A stretch of DNA of 64,000 bases from an uncultured Acidobacteriota bacterium (GTDB taxonomy: Bacteria > Acidobacteriota > Blastocatellia > RBC074): assembly GCA_963796275.1 (NCBI GenBank), contig CAWCKY010000006.1, positions 1,504,001 through 1,568,000 of the forward strand, read 5' to 3'. The notes beneath the pieces are model-generated. The model was not told where the DNA came from. It did not search any database and saw nothing but the letters and a program-made list of their open reading frames with translations. The translations under genes and the position numbers were made by a program. This document shows positions 11,390 to 21,099 of the stretch, in pieces (position 1 is the stretch's first letter; each line of letters begins with the position of its first letter).

Positions 11390-12775
11390 ATGAGCGAAGC
11401 GGGAAGGAAACAGGCAATATATGCATTGGCGGTGTTGTTTGCGATCAATGCGATGAATTTCTACGATCGCCAGATCATCGCATCGGTGAGTAAACCGATA
11501 ATCGATGAATGGCAGCTCAGCGATACAGCGCTGGGCGGAATCGGCACGGCATTCATCATAATTTACGCTATTGTCGGTTTGCCGCTCGGAGTCTGGGCTG
11601 ATCGGGGATCGAGGACAAAGCTGCTGTCATTTTCGGTATCTATCTGGAGTTTATTTACGGCAGCGTCGGGTCTGGCCTGGGGTTTTTGGTCGATGTTCTT
11701 GGCGCGGTTGGGAGTGGGGGTCGGAGAAGCGGGCTGCTCTCCCGCCGCCAATTCCCTGATCGGGGATCTCTATCCGGCCAACAAGCGCGGGCGGGCGATC
11801 GCCTTCTTTATGCTCGGGCTGCCGATCGGAATATTCCTCAGCAACATGCTCAGCGGGCTGATCGCTCAAGCGTATGGCTGGCGCTGGACATTTCTTATGG
11901 CGACGATCCCCGGCTTGATCCTCGCGTTCTTTGCGCTGCGGATAAAGGAGCCGGCGCGCGGTGCGAATGAGGTTATCAGGCGCGAGAACACACCGCACAA
12001 GCTATCTTCCTACTTGCGTGTGCTGACGATACCCACCATGTGGTGGATCATCATTTCGGGCGCGCTCCATAACTTCAATGCGTATACGGTGAACTCATTC
12101 ATTCCTCTTTATCTCGGACGCCATCACGGGCTCGATATTTTGCAGGCGAATAAGATCGCCGCTTTCGTGCTCGGCGCGGTGGGTGTCATCGGGTTGCTAG
12201 CCGGCGGATTGGCTGCCGATTGGGCTCGGAGGAAGAGCCCACGGGGACGAATGCTCGTAGCTGCCCTGGCACTATTGATCGCCACACCCTGCATATATTT
12301 GGCTATCGGACAATCCAGAGGCTCTCTCGTCCCATTTATGATTCTCATGGGATTCGGATGGATGATGATGTACGTCTATTATGTAGCGGTCTATCCGGCG
12401 ATCCAGGATGTGGTTGAGCCGAGTATGCGCGGCTCGGCGATGGCGCTCTATTTCTTCGGGATGTACCTCCTCGGCGGCGCCTACGGGACATTTATCACCG
12501 GTTACTTGAGCGACCGCTTCGCCAACCAGGCGATGATCGCTGCGGGCGCCACCGTACTTGAGCCGTTTAGGGCCATCGGCCTCCAACAGGCATTCTACAT
12601 CGTGCCGGCGGTATCGGTGGTCCTGACTCTGGTTCTCTTCGCAGGCGCGCTGACAATTGCAAGAGATGTGGAAAAACTGCAAAAATGGGTAGGCGAGGGA
12701 GCGTCCGAATCGAGGGGATTCGGGGCAACTGGTGCAACCGGGGCGACCGGGGCGACCGAAATGACCGCGGATTAG
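11390..12775 (+). CDS. MFS transporter (spinster-like)
   Basis: NFYDRQ, G.WADRGSR motif A, GVGEA, about 12 hydrophobic segments. Start at ATG 11390 after GGAG. Confidence 0.9.
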   Translation: MSEAGRKQAIYALAVLFAINAMNFYDRQIIASVSKPIIDEWQLSDTALGGIGTAFIIIYAIVGLPLGVWADRGSRTKLLSFSVSIWSLFTAASGLAWGFWSMFLARLGVGVGEAGCSPAANSLIGDLYPANKRGRAIAFFMLGLPIGIFLSNMLSGLIAQAYGWRWTFLMATIPGLILAFFALRIKEPARGANEVIRRENTPHKLSSYLRVLTIPTMWWIIISGALHNFNAYTVNSFIPLYLGRHHGLDILQANKIAAFVLGAVGVIGLLAGGLAADWARRKSPRGRMLVAALALLIATPCIYLAIGQSRGSLVPFMILMGFGWMMMYVYYVAVYPAIQDVVEPSMRGSAMALYFFGMYLLGGAYGTFITGYLSDRFANQAMIAAGATVLEPFRAIGLQQAFYIVPAVSVVLTLVLFAGALTIARDVEKLQKWVGEGASESRGFGATGATGATGATEMTAD

Positions 12776-12777
12776 AT

Positions 12778-13842
12778 ATGAAAAATTACCGAAGGGATTT
12801 TTTGAAAGGTGGTCTGGCGCTGGCGGCGGCGAGCCTGCCTGTTGCCCTGGCGTTTGGGCAAGACCCGCCAGTGCCGGAGCCGGTCGTCTACCTCTGTCCT
12901 ATGCATCCGGATGTGCAGGCGAAGGTCGCAGGTAAATGCCCGAAGTGCAATATGAAGCTGGTGGGATCGCAGGGCTCGGCGGCAGGCAGCGGAGATTTCT
13001 ATATCTGTCCGATGCACCCGGACATAATATCGAACACAGCCGGAATTTGCCCGAAGTGTAATATGAAGTTGGTGAAGGGCGCACCGCCGGAGACGGGCGA
13101 TTTTATCGTGAAAATCGCAACCGTTCCGAAGTCGCCGAAAGCAGGTGAGAAGGTGAAATTCCGCTTCTCAATATTTCATCCGGCGACGGACAAACAGATA
13201 AAAGAGTTCAACATCCTGCACGACATGCCATTCCACTTTTTTATCGTGAGCCAGGATTTTGAACACTTCGATCATATCCATCCTGAGAAACAGACGGACG
13301 GAAGCTTCACGATTGATACCATTCTACCGAAAGCGGGGTACTACAAACTCTTCTGCGATTTCTTTCCCGCCGGCGGGATGCCTCAGGTGACCCACCATAA
13401 TTTGGTGACTGCAGGTTTCAGCGGCGATCTGGTCTCTTCACAGGCCAGGCTCGTGCCCGATGAGTCGCTGGCCAAAAGCATACAGGGCATGCGCGTAGAA
13501 TTGAAATTCGAGCCAGCGGCGCCGTTCTCGGGTAAACCGGCAGAGCTGCGTTATCACCTGATCGACGAAAAAACGGGCGAGCCGGTCAAGGATTTGCAGC
13601 CCTATCTGGGAGCCTGGGGCCACACGTTGATTTTGAGCGAGGATGGCACCGATTATCTGCATTCTCACCCGACCGAGATGATCCCGGAAGAGATTGACCG
13701 CAGTAATCTGAAGGGCGGGCCGAATATCGTGTTCGATACATTCTTTCCTCGTCCCGCAAATTACCGAATCTGGTCGCAGTTTCAAAGACAGAACAAAATC
13801 ATTACCGTTGCCTTTACGGTCTCTGTGCCGCGATTGCGGTGA
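12778..13842 (+). CDS. Tat-exported heavy-metal-binding-domain protein (2 x YxCPMHP...CPKCxM)
   Basis: RRDFLK twin-arginine signal; two HMBD repeats; HFDHIHP and YLHSHP His motifs. Confidence 0.8.
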   Translation: MKNYRRDFLKGGLALAAASLPVALAFGQDPPVPEPVVYLCPMHPDVQAKVAGKCPKCNMKLVGSQGSAAGSGDFYICPMHPDIISNTAGICPKCNMKLVKGAPPETGDFIVKIATVPKSPKAGEKVKFRFSIFHPATDKQIKEFNILHDMPFHFFIVSQDFEHFDHIHPEKQTDGSFTIDTILPKAGYYKLFCDFFPAGGMPQVTHHNLVTAGFSGDLVSSQARLVPDESLAKSIQGMRVELKFEPAAPFSGKPAELRYHLIDEKTGEPVKDLQPYLGAWGHTLILSEDGTDYLHSHPTEMIPEEIDRSNLKGGPNIVFDTFFPRPANYRIWSQFQRQNKIITVAFTVSVPRLR

Positions 13843-13856
13843 AAAAAAGAATACTT

Positions 13857-13992
13857 GCCACGGAGGCGCAGAGAGAAGACAAGGAAACAAACAAAGAGAC
13901 AAGGGAAGGGGAGACGAGGAGTCGTTGGGGGATTTCGCAATTTGCTATTTCTCCTCACGTCTGTCGGTCTCCCCTATCTCTAACTCTGCAGC
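13857..13992. repeat. Degenerate purine-rich/pyrimidine-rich inverted repeat element
   Basis: GCCACGGAGGCGCAGAGAG...GGGGAGACGAGGAG faces CTCCTC...GTCTCCCC...CTCTAACTCTGCAGC. Confidence 0.5.
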
Positions 13993-14013
13993 TAAATAAA
14001 GGAGGTCTTCCCC

Positions 14014-16198
14014 ATGCGAAAGACGAGCCCTCGCATCATTACCATTCTGCTCGCCCTTATCGTCACCCCAACAACATTCGCTCAAGATAAACTGTTTACT
14101 CTAGACGATCTTTATGAGCCATCCAAGCGCATCAATTTCAGCGGCGATCCGCCGAACGGGATGATCTGGCTGGATGACAGTCACTATTTGTGGCGGGGAA
14201 ACAAAATTGATGCGCTGACCGGGCAATCCGAACCTTTCTACGATAAGGCGAAGATGCAAGTAGCGCTGGCCAAATTGCCGGCGATGAGCGCGGAGAATGC
14301 CAGACGATTGGCGGAAGGGCGACTGGAGATGAACGCGAGCCGCACGGCCGCGCTGATCAACTATGCCAACGATCTTTTCTATTATCAATTCGGCAGCGAG
14401 CAGGCGATCCGCTTGACCAATACGGCGGAAGATGAAGTAGGCGAGGAGTTCAGCCCCGATGGGCGGATGGTCAGCTTCGTCCGCAACTACAACATCTTCA
14501 TCGTCGACATAGCAACGCAGCGCGAACGGTCGCTGACGAAAGACGGCAATTCCCGGCTCTTTAATGGCCGTCTCGATTGGGTCTATCAGGAAGAGCTCTA
14601 CGGGCGCGGGAACTTTCAGGGGTACTGGTGGAGCCCGGATTCGACCAGAATCGCATATCTTCAATTGGATGAATCACCGGTGAAAGATTTCGCCATCGTC
14701 GATCACATTCCGAACCAGCAGGATCTGGAAATGTACGACTATCCGAAGGCCGGAATGCCGAATCCGTCGGTGCGTCTGGGCGTCGTCAACGCGATTGGCG
14801 GCGATACAGCATGGCTCGACTTGTTCCGCTATCAGGGAGTGGAGCCGCTGATCGTTCGCGTCGGATGGAAGCCCGACGGATCAAAAGTAATTTTCGAGAT
14901 AACAAACCGCGAGCAGAATTGGCTCGACCTGAACTTCGCCGATCCGAAATCCGGCAAAGTCGAGACCGCTTTCCGCGAGACTTCGAAAGCCTGGTTCGAA
15001 ACCGACAGCGCGAGCCTGCCGAGATGGTTGAAAGATGGATCGTTTCTCTGGCTGAGCGAGCGCGATGGGTGGAAGCATATTTATCACTATTCGCCCGATT
15101 GCAAGCTGATACGACCCGTAACCTCCGGCAAATGGGAGGTCCGCGCGCTCCACGGCTATGATGAGACAGGCGCTTGGGTCTATTTTTCCGGAACAGAGCG
15201 CAGTCCGATCGGCTCTGATGCTTATCGCATCAAACTCGATGGCTCTGGGTTGCAAAGATTGACGGAAACTCCGGGAGTCCACTCGGCCAACTTCGATCCG
15301 ACCTTTACGCGATTTATAGATTCGTGGAGCGATGCGATGACGCCTCCCCAGGTGAGACTGCACAGCATTGACGGCAAGCTCGTCCGCGCGATCTTCGAGA
15401 ATAAGGCCGATATTTTGCAGCAGTACCGGTTGAGCAAGCCCGAGTTTCTGCAGGTAAAAACGCGCGATGGGTTTTCGATGGAAGCGATGATGATCAAGCC
15501 CGTCGATTTCGATCCGAAGAAGAAATATCCGGTATTCCAGCACACCTACGCCGGCCCGCACGCACCCCAGGTGCGGAATACCTGGAACAGCGGAATGGGA
15601 AACATGTGGCACCAGCTTGCTCGCCCAGAAAGGCTACATCGTGTGGATCTGCGACAACCGCTCGGCTAGCGGGAAGGGGTTGGAGTCGGCCTGGACTATC
15701 TACAAAAACTTCGGCGAACTCGAAATGCGCGATATCGAGGACGGCGTCGCCTATTTGAAGACGTTGCCTTACGTCGACGGTTCGCGCATCGGAATCAACG
15801 GATGGAGTTTCGGGGGCTACATGACCGCTTATGCGCTGACGCACTCGAAGAGCTTTAAAATCGGCATTTCGGGCGCACCGGTGACCGACTGGCATCTTTA
15901 CGACACGATCTACACCGAGCGATATATGGGCACGCCGCAGAATAATCCGGAAGGCTATGAGAAGAGCTCCGTCGTCAAAGCCGCCAAGAATTTAAACGGA
16001 AAACTGTTGCTTATTCACGGCACAATTGACGACAATGTGCATATTCAAAACTCAATTCAGTTCATTTATGAATTGCAGAAGGCGGGCAAGCAATTCGAGC
16101 TGATGATCTATCCGAAGTCTCGGCACGGCGTATCGGACCCGAGATTACAGAGACAGATGCGCGAATTGATGTTGAACTTCATCCTGGCAAATCTATGA
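14014..16198 (+). CDS. Dipeptidyl-peptidase IV (S9B); split by +1 frameshift at about 15616-15618
   Basis: Signal peptide and DWVYQEE in the first frame. GWSFGG, HGTIDDNVH and KSRHG catalytic triad in the second. One extra base in CAGCTTGCTC. Confidence 0.92.
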
Positions 16199-16202
16199 AT
16201 AA

Positions 16203-16496
16203 TAGTTTTTAGTTTATAGTTTTCAGTTTTTAGTTTCCGATCGAGGCCGCGCAACTGAATCTAAAAAACTGAAATTAACTGCACAGCCTCTTCGCCGCGT
16301 CAGCGGAGGTTGATTGTAGCCGTGGGTTTTAACCCACGGTGGCGGTAAATTTTTTTCACGTCGCGTCAGCGACGGTTGAATTCAGGCGTCGCTGACGCGA
16401 CGCGGGAATATCCTTCAAACCTTCTTTAGTTTTTAGTTTCCGATCAAGACCGCAAAACCAAAAAACTGAAAACTAAAAACTAAAAACTGAAAACTA
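16203..16496. repeat. Composite element: two heptamer hairpins (YAGTTTT/AAAACTR) flanking a REP-like palindrome cluster
   Basis: GTAG followed by CCGTGGGTT-TT-AACCCACGG (16316-16339). Perfect 16-bp stem CGTCGCGTCAGCGACG/CGTCGCTGACGCGACG (16359-16402). TTTAGTTTCCGATCRAGRCCGC occurs on both sides. Confidence 0.85.
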
Positions 16497-16514
16497 TTTT
16501 CTGAGGGGAAAAGA

Positions 16515-17817
16515 ATGAACCATATCAGCAGAAGAGATTTTGCGAAGAGGACTGTCGCGGCTGGCGCTGGGGTCGGCATGAGCACAGCGTTGAGTAATAT
16601 GCGTATTCTTGGCGCGAATGATCGCATCAACATCGGCCTCATCGGCTGCGGCGATCGCGGCAGATCGATCTGGACCAGTTTTCTGAAGCAGCCTGATGTC
16701 AACCCGGTCGCCGTCTGCGATGTTTTCGAGACAAATCTCAATCAGGCCGCTGCGGCCGCATCCAACAAGCTGAAGGGGCACGGCGATTTCCGTCGGCTGC
16801 TGGAGATGAAAGAGATTGATGCGGTGATTATCGGCACGCCCGATCATTGGCATACTCTTCCGGCGATCGCGGCCTGTCAGGCGGGCAAGGATGCTTATGT
16901 GGAAAAACCGCTCACGCTCTTTGTGCGCGAGGGCCGCGTGCTGGTTGAAGCTGCGCGCCATAATAACCGGGTCGTTCAAACGGGCAGCCAGCAGCGTTCC
17001 GGGCCACACTATCAACAAGCCGTAAAGTTGATTCGGGAAGGCGGAATCGGAGCCGTTCATAAGATCACGGTCGGCTATACGCGCAATATCATGCCGGGGC
17101 TTAAGCAGACAGAGATTGGGAAAGAACAGCCCAAAGATTTGAACTGGGATATGTGGTTAGGGCCGGCCCCGTATGTTCCCTTCGATTCGTTTCGCTGCAT
17201 CTATCATTTCCGCTGGTTTTGGGATTATTCGGGCGGACAGATCACCAATTGGGGCGCGCACAATCTCGATATTGCGCGCTGGGCATTGGATGCCAGAGGA
17301 CCGCTCGCGGTCGCGGGGTATGGCGGGCGTTACGAGCTCAAGGATGGAGGCGAAACGCCTGATGTGCAGGAAGTGATCTACAACTTTCCGAGCTGCGTCG
17401 TCACCTGGTCCGGGCGGGAAGTCAACCGCACGCGCGATGAATACCTGGCTTTTCACGGAACGAATGGAACGCTCAGCATTATGCGAGATGGGTTTCAGGT
17501 CATCCCCGAGGTTTGGCGGCCAACCAAAAAGAACAATGCGCCGGCAATGGAACCATTGGAGACGAAGGGTGAAAGCAAGAGCCATGGATGGCCTGCATAT
17601 CCGTAACTTCCTCGATTGCGTCAAGAGCCGGCAGCGCCCCGCCGCAGATGTCGAAGAAGGCCATTTGACCGCGACCATGTGTCACCTGGGAAATATCGCC
17701 ACCCGACTCGGCCGTTCTCTGAGGTGGGACGCAGATAAGGAAGAATTCATCGGAGACAAAGAAGCAAGCCAAATGCTCACGCGGCCATATCGCAAGCCGT
17801 GGAAACTGGAATCATAA
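16515..17817 (+). CDS. Gfo/Idh/MocA family oxidoreductase with Tat-like signal; +1 frameshift at about 17572-17574
   Basis: SRRDFAK, IGCGDRG, TPDHWH, VEKP, GAHNLD. The C-terminal HIRNFLDCVK..YRKPW is in the next frame. Confidence 0.9.
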
Positions 17818-17896
17818 CCATTTATAATCGCACACGGCGATTCAGAGAACCCAACAGTATAAAAAATAAAACGGCGAGCGACTTCCAGCCCGCAAT

Positions 17897-17968
17897 AAAC
17901 ACGACGAAGAATCGAAGAGAACGAAGATTGTTTTTTATCTCTTCGTCTTCCTAGTTTCTTCGTTGTTT
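17897..17968. repeat. Inverted 9-mer-type array (CGAAGA repeats / TCTTCG repeats)
   Basis: AAACACGACGAAGAATCGAAGAGAACGAAGA ... TCTTCGTCTTCC..TTCTTCGTTGTTTT. Confidence 0.6.
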
Positions 17969-17988
17969 TATTTCTGAGGAAAAGGTAT

Positions 17989-19476
17989 ATGAAAGTGCTT
18001 CTCGTTTATCCTGAATTCCCTGATACATATTGGAGTTTTCGTCGTGCGCTCTATTTCTATAACAAGCGAGCGGTCCTGCCTCCGCTCGGCTTGCTCACCG
18101 TCTCGGCCATGCTTCCGCGCACCTGGGAGCGGCGGCTCGCCGATATGAACGTGCGGGCGCTCAAAGACTCCGAAATCAAATGGGCTGATATGGTCTTCAT
18201 CAGCGCAATGCTCATCCAGAAAGATTCGCTGCGCCGCGTCGTCGAGCGGTGCAAGGCGCTCGGGAAACGAGTAGCCGTAGGCGGACCATATGTCACCACG
18301 CTCGAAGAACAACTGACCGGAGTAGATCACGTTTTTCTGGGTGAAGCGGAGACGACCTTGCCCGAGTTCTTGCGCGACTTACAGTGCGGCGAAGCGAAGA
18401 GCGTCTATGGAGCCGGAGAGCGTCCTTCGCTCGCGCTCACGCCGCCCGCCGAATATCGTATCGCAGACCTCAAACGATACTTCGCCATGCCGGTGCAATA
18501 TTCGCGCGGCTGCCCGTTCCAATGCGAATTCTGCGACATCATTGAAATCTATGGCCGCGTCCCGCGCACCAAGACCAATGAACAGGTGCTGGCCGAGCTC
18601 GATGAATTGCTGAGACTTGGATGGCGCGGCCGAGTCTTCATCGTTGATGACAATTTCATCGGCAATAAAAAGAACGTGAAGCGGCTGCTGCCGGAATTGA
18701 CCGAATGGTCCGAGCGACACCGCCATCCCTTCGCTTTTCTGACTGAAGCGAGCGTCAACCTGGCCGATGATGACGAGCTGCTTCTCGGGATGCAGCGCGC
18801 CGGATTTCGTTCGGTTTTTCTCGGGATCGAGACGCCGATCGAAGAGAGTCTGAAAGAGACGCAGAAGCATCAGAACACGCGTAACGACCTGCTCGACTCT
18901 GTGCGCAAGATCCAGAGCTCAGGGATGGATGTCATGGCCGGTTTCATCGTAGGCTTCGACAACGATCCGGAGGATGTTTTCGAGAGGCAGATCAAATTCA
19001 TTACGGAGAGCGCGATTCCGCTGGCAATGGTGGGAATTCTGCAGGCGCTGCCCGGCACGCAGCTCTGGCGCCGGCTCGAGCGCGAAGGGCGACTGCTGGC
19101 GGAAGGCACGGGCAATATTTCGGAATGCGCGCTGACCTTTATTCCAAAGATGGACAGCGAGCGGCTGATCGAAGGTTACCAATCAATCGTCCATACCATA
19201 TACGCTCCTCGCGAATATTATCAGCGCACGCTCGATTGTCTTTCGCGCGTTGTGCATCGGATCCCGGAACCGCGCCGGAGCGATATTTTCCGTGACCTGG
19301 CGGCTCTGACGCGCGTTTTGCTCACGCTCGGCGTACGCGACGAGGGGCGCGGTGAATTTTGGCGATTCTTCCACAAGGCTTTGACCGATCATCGCGGGAG
19401 ATTTGAGCTGGCCATGCGCCTGGCGGCGATGGGTTATCACCTGCGCAAACTGTCGGAGGCCAACGGTGGTACGTGA
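17989..19476 (+). CDS. B12-binding radical SAM protein (HpnP-like/DUF4070 family)
   Basis: N-terminal PPLGLLTV and VGGPY cobalamin-binding region; [10 protein letters not shown]; DDNFIG; GFIVGFD. Confidence 0.88.
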   Translation: MKVLLVYPEFPDTYWSFRRALYFYNKRAVLPPLGLLTVSAMLPRTWERRLADMNVRALKDSEIKWADMVFISAMLIQKDSLRRVVERCKALGKRVAVGGPYVTTLEEQLTGVDHVFLGEAETTLPEFLRDLQCGEAKSVYGAGERPSLALTPPAEYRIADLKRYFAMPVQYSRGCPFQCEFCDIIEIYGRVPRTKTNEQVLAELDELLRLGWRGRVFIVDDNFIGNKKNVKRLLPELTEWSERHRHPFAFLTEASVNLADDDELLLGMQRAGFRSVFLGIETPIEESLKETQKHQNTRNDLLDSVRKIQSSGMDVMAGFIVGFDNDPEDVFERQIKFITESAIPLAMVGILQALPGTQLWRRLEREGRLLAEGTGNISECALTFIPKMDSERLIEGYQSIVHTIYAPREYYQRTLDCLSRVVHRIPEPRRSDIFRDLAALTRVLLTLGVRDEGRGEFWRFFHKALTDHRGRFELAMRLAAMGYHLRKLSEANGGT

Positions 19477-19523
19477 AAACATGCAGAGGGAAGGTAAACT
19501 CAGAACATATGAAGGAATTGAAG

Positions 19524-20840
19524 ATGGAGAAGAAAAAAAGGCTGATTGTTATAGGAGCGATTTTCTGTTGTGTGCTTGCGCTCGACATTTATGCGCCTGT
19601 CACGGGCAACCCGAAAATCGAAGGAGCTATCACTTTCGCCCGGGAGATCGCGCCGATCTTCCGCAATCGATGTGAAGAGTGCCATCGTCAGGGCGGAGTT
19701 GCCCCGATGTCGTTTGTGACATATGAAGAGGCGCGGCCGTGGGCGCGCGCGATTCGCGAAAAAGTCGTCAGCCGCGAGATGCCGCCCTTTCACGCTGCCG
19801 GTCCGATCGGCCGTTATCAGAACGATCCGCGCTTAACCGACGCGGAGGTAGCCGCCATCGCCAAATGGGTTGACGACGGTTCACCGAAGGGCGATTTGAA
19901 AGACATACCTGCGTCACGCGAATGGAAGAGCAAGTGGGCGCATGGCGAGCCGGATCTTATCGTGAAGGTGAAACAGCCGTTCACGGTCAGCGCGAGCGAT
20001 AAAGACCAATACGCTTTCTTCGTCTTCGATTACGTTTTTCCGGAGGACACGTGGATTCGCGCGGTCGATACGCGGCCCGGGAATCGAAAAATCGTGCATC
20101 ACGCCAACACCCACGTCGTTCCGCCGATGTTCAAAGCTCCACCCGATGGTGTCATCAAGGGCGACTTCGAGCCCGGAGCCCGCGGAACGGTGATGCTCTC
20201 GGGCTGGGCGCCGGGCGTTCAATCGGTCATGCTCTCTGAAGGGACCGCCGTGAGAATTCCGAAAGGGATGCGTCTGGGAATTCAGGTACATTACGCGCCG
20301 ACCGATAAAGAAGGCACGGATCAGACTTCGGTCGGGATATACTTTGCCGATGGGTTGATCAAGAAGCACATCAAAGTCCTTTTCGGCGACCGGCGCGACG
20401 TCGCTATCCCTCCGGGCGATCCGAACTACCGGCTCACCTCCACCAGGACTTTCGAAACCGATGCCATAATCAGCTTCTTCCACGTACATATGCATCTGCG
20501 CGGGAAATCGTACGAGATGAAGCTCACCTATCCCGACGGGCGGCAGGAGATGGCCATCGAAGTGCCGCGCTTCGATTTCAACTGGCAGCGGACATATACG
20601 CTGACCGAACCGAAGCGCGTGCCGAAAGGCACGAAGGTCGATTTCACCGGGGTCTACGACAATAGCGAGAAGAACAAATTCAACCCCGATCCGTTGCAGA
20701 CAGTGCGATGGGGAGAGAAGACGACCGACGAGATGATGCAGGGGCGCATCTTTTATGAAGCCGCGGATGAAAATCTCAACCTGAAAGTCAGGAAAGGCAT
20801 AGTGGTTCGCGAGGCTGAGACGGCTAATAAAGCTCAGTGA
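19524..20840 (+). CDS. Secreted c-type cytochrome fused to copper type II (PHM/DBH-like) monooxygenase domain
   Basis: CEECH and MPP; VHHAN, QVHY, HMHLRGK, FNWQ, DEM motifs. Start uncertain (19509 or 19524). Confidence 0.75.
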   Translation: MEKKKRLIVIGAIFCCVLALDIYAPVTGNPKIEGAITFAREIAPIFRNRCEECHRQGGVAPMSFVTYEEARPWARAIREKVVSREMPPFHAAGPIGRYQNDPRLTDAEVAAIAKWVDDGSPKGDLKDIPASREWKSKWAHGEPDLIVKVKQPFTVSASDKDQYAFFVFDYVFPEDTWIRAVDTRPGNRKIVHHANTHVVPPMFKAPPDGVIKGDFEPGARGTVMLSGWAPGVQSVMLSEGTAVRIPKGMRLGIQVHYAPTDKEGTDQTSVGIYFADGLIKKHIKVLFGDRRDVAIPPGDPNYRLTSTRTFETDAIISFFHVHMHLRGKSYEMKLTYPDGRQEMAIEVPRFDFNWQRTYTLTEPKRVPKGTKVDFTGVYDNSEKNKFNPDPLQTVRWGEKTTDEMMQGRIFYEAADENLNLKVRKGIVVREAETANKAQ

Positions 20841-21099
20841 GTATCGGTAGATCGCTGTACCTCCTGTAATGAGCAAGAGCCAAGGCCTTCAGTCTGCTTT
20901 GACTCAATGCATACTGACAGACCTGCAAATTAATTTTTGTCTCAGTGGTACCAGGGACAAAATTCCACGTCTTATATAAGTGAAAAACGGTACGCCCCCT
21001 ATCTCCCCCTCACGTACCTAGATGGTACTAGCGGTTGAAGTGTGTTCAAGTCCTGTGCCACGTTATTTAAAAATATAAAAACTTAAAAGGAGAACGGCG

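Noticed and set aside
17989-20840. RiPP or other biosynthetic cluster (radical SAM plus Cu monooxygenase)
   Set aside because: No precursor peptide, RRE, dedicated peptidase/exporter or other biosynthetic genes adjacent; both families are often stand-alone.
21045-21060. Minus-strand TGGCACAGGACTTGAA sigma-54-like site
   Set aside because: Lacks the conserved GC at -12 and points toward the 3' end of a + strand gene rather than a start.
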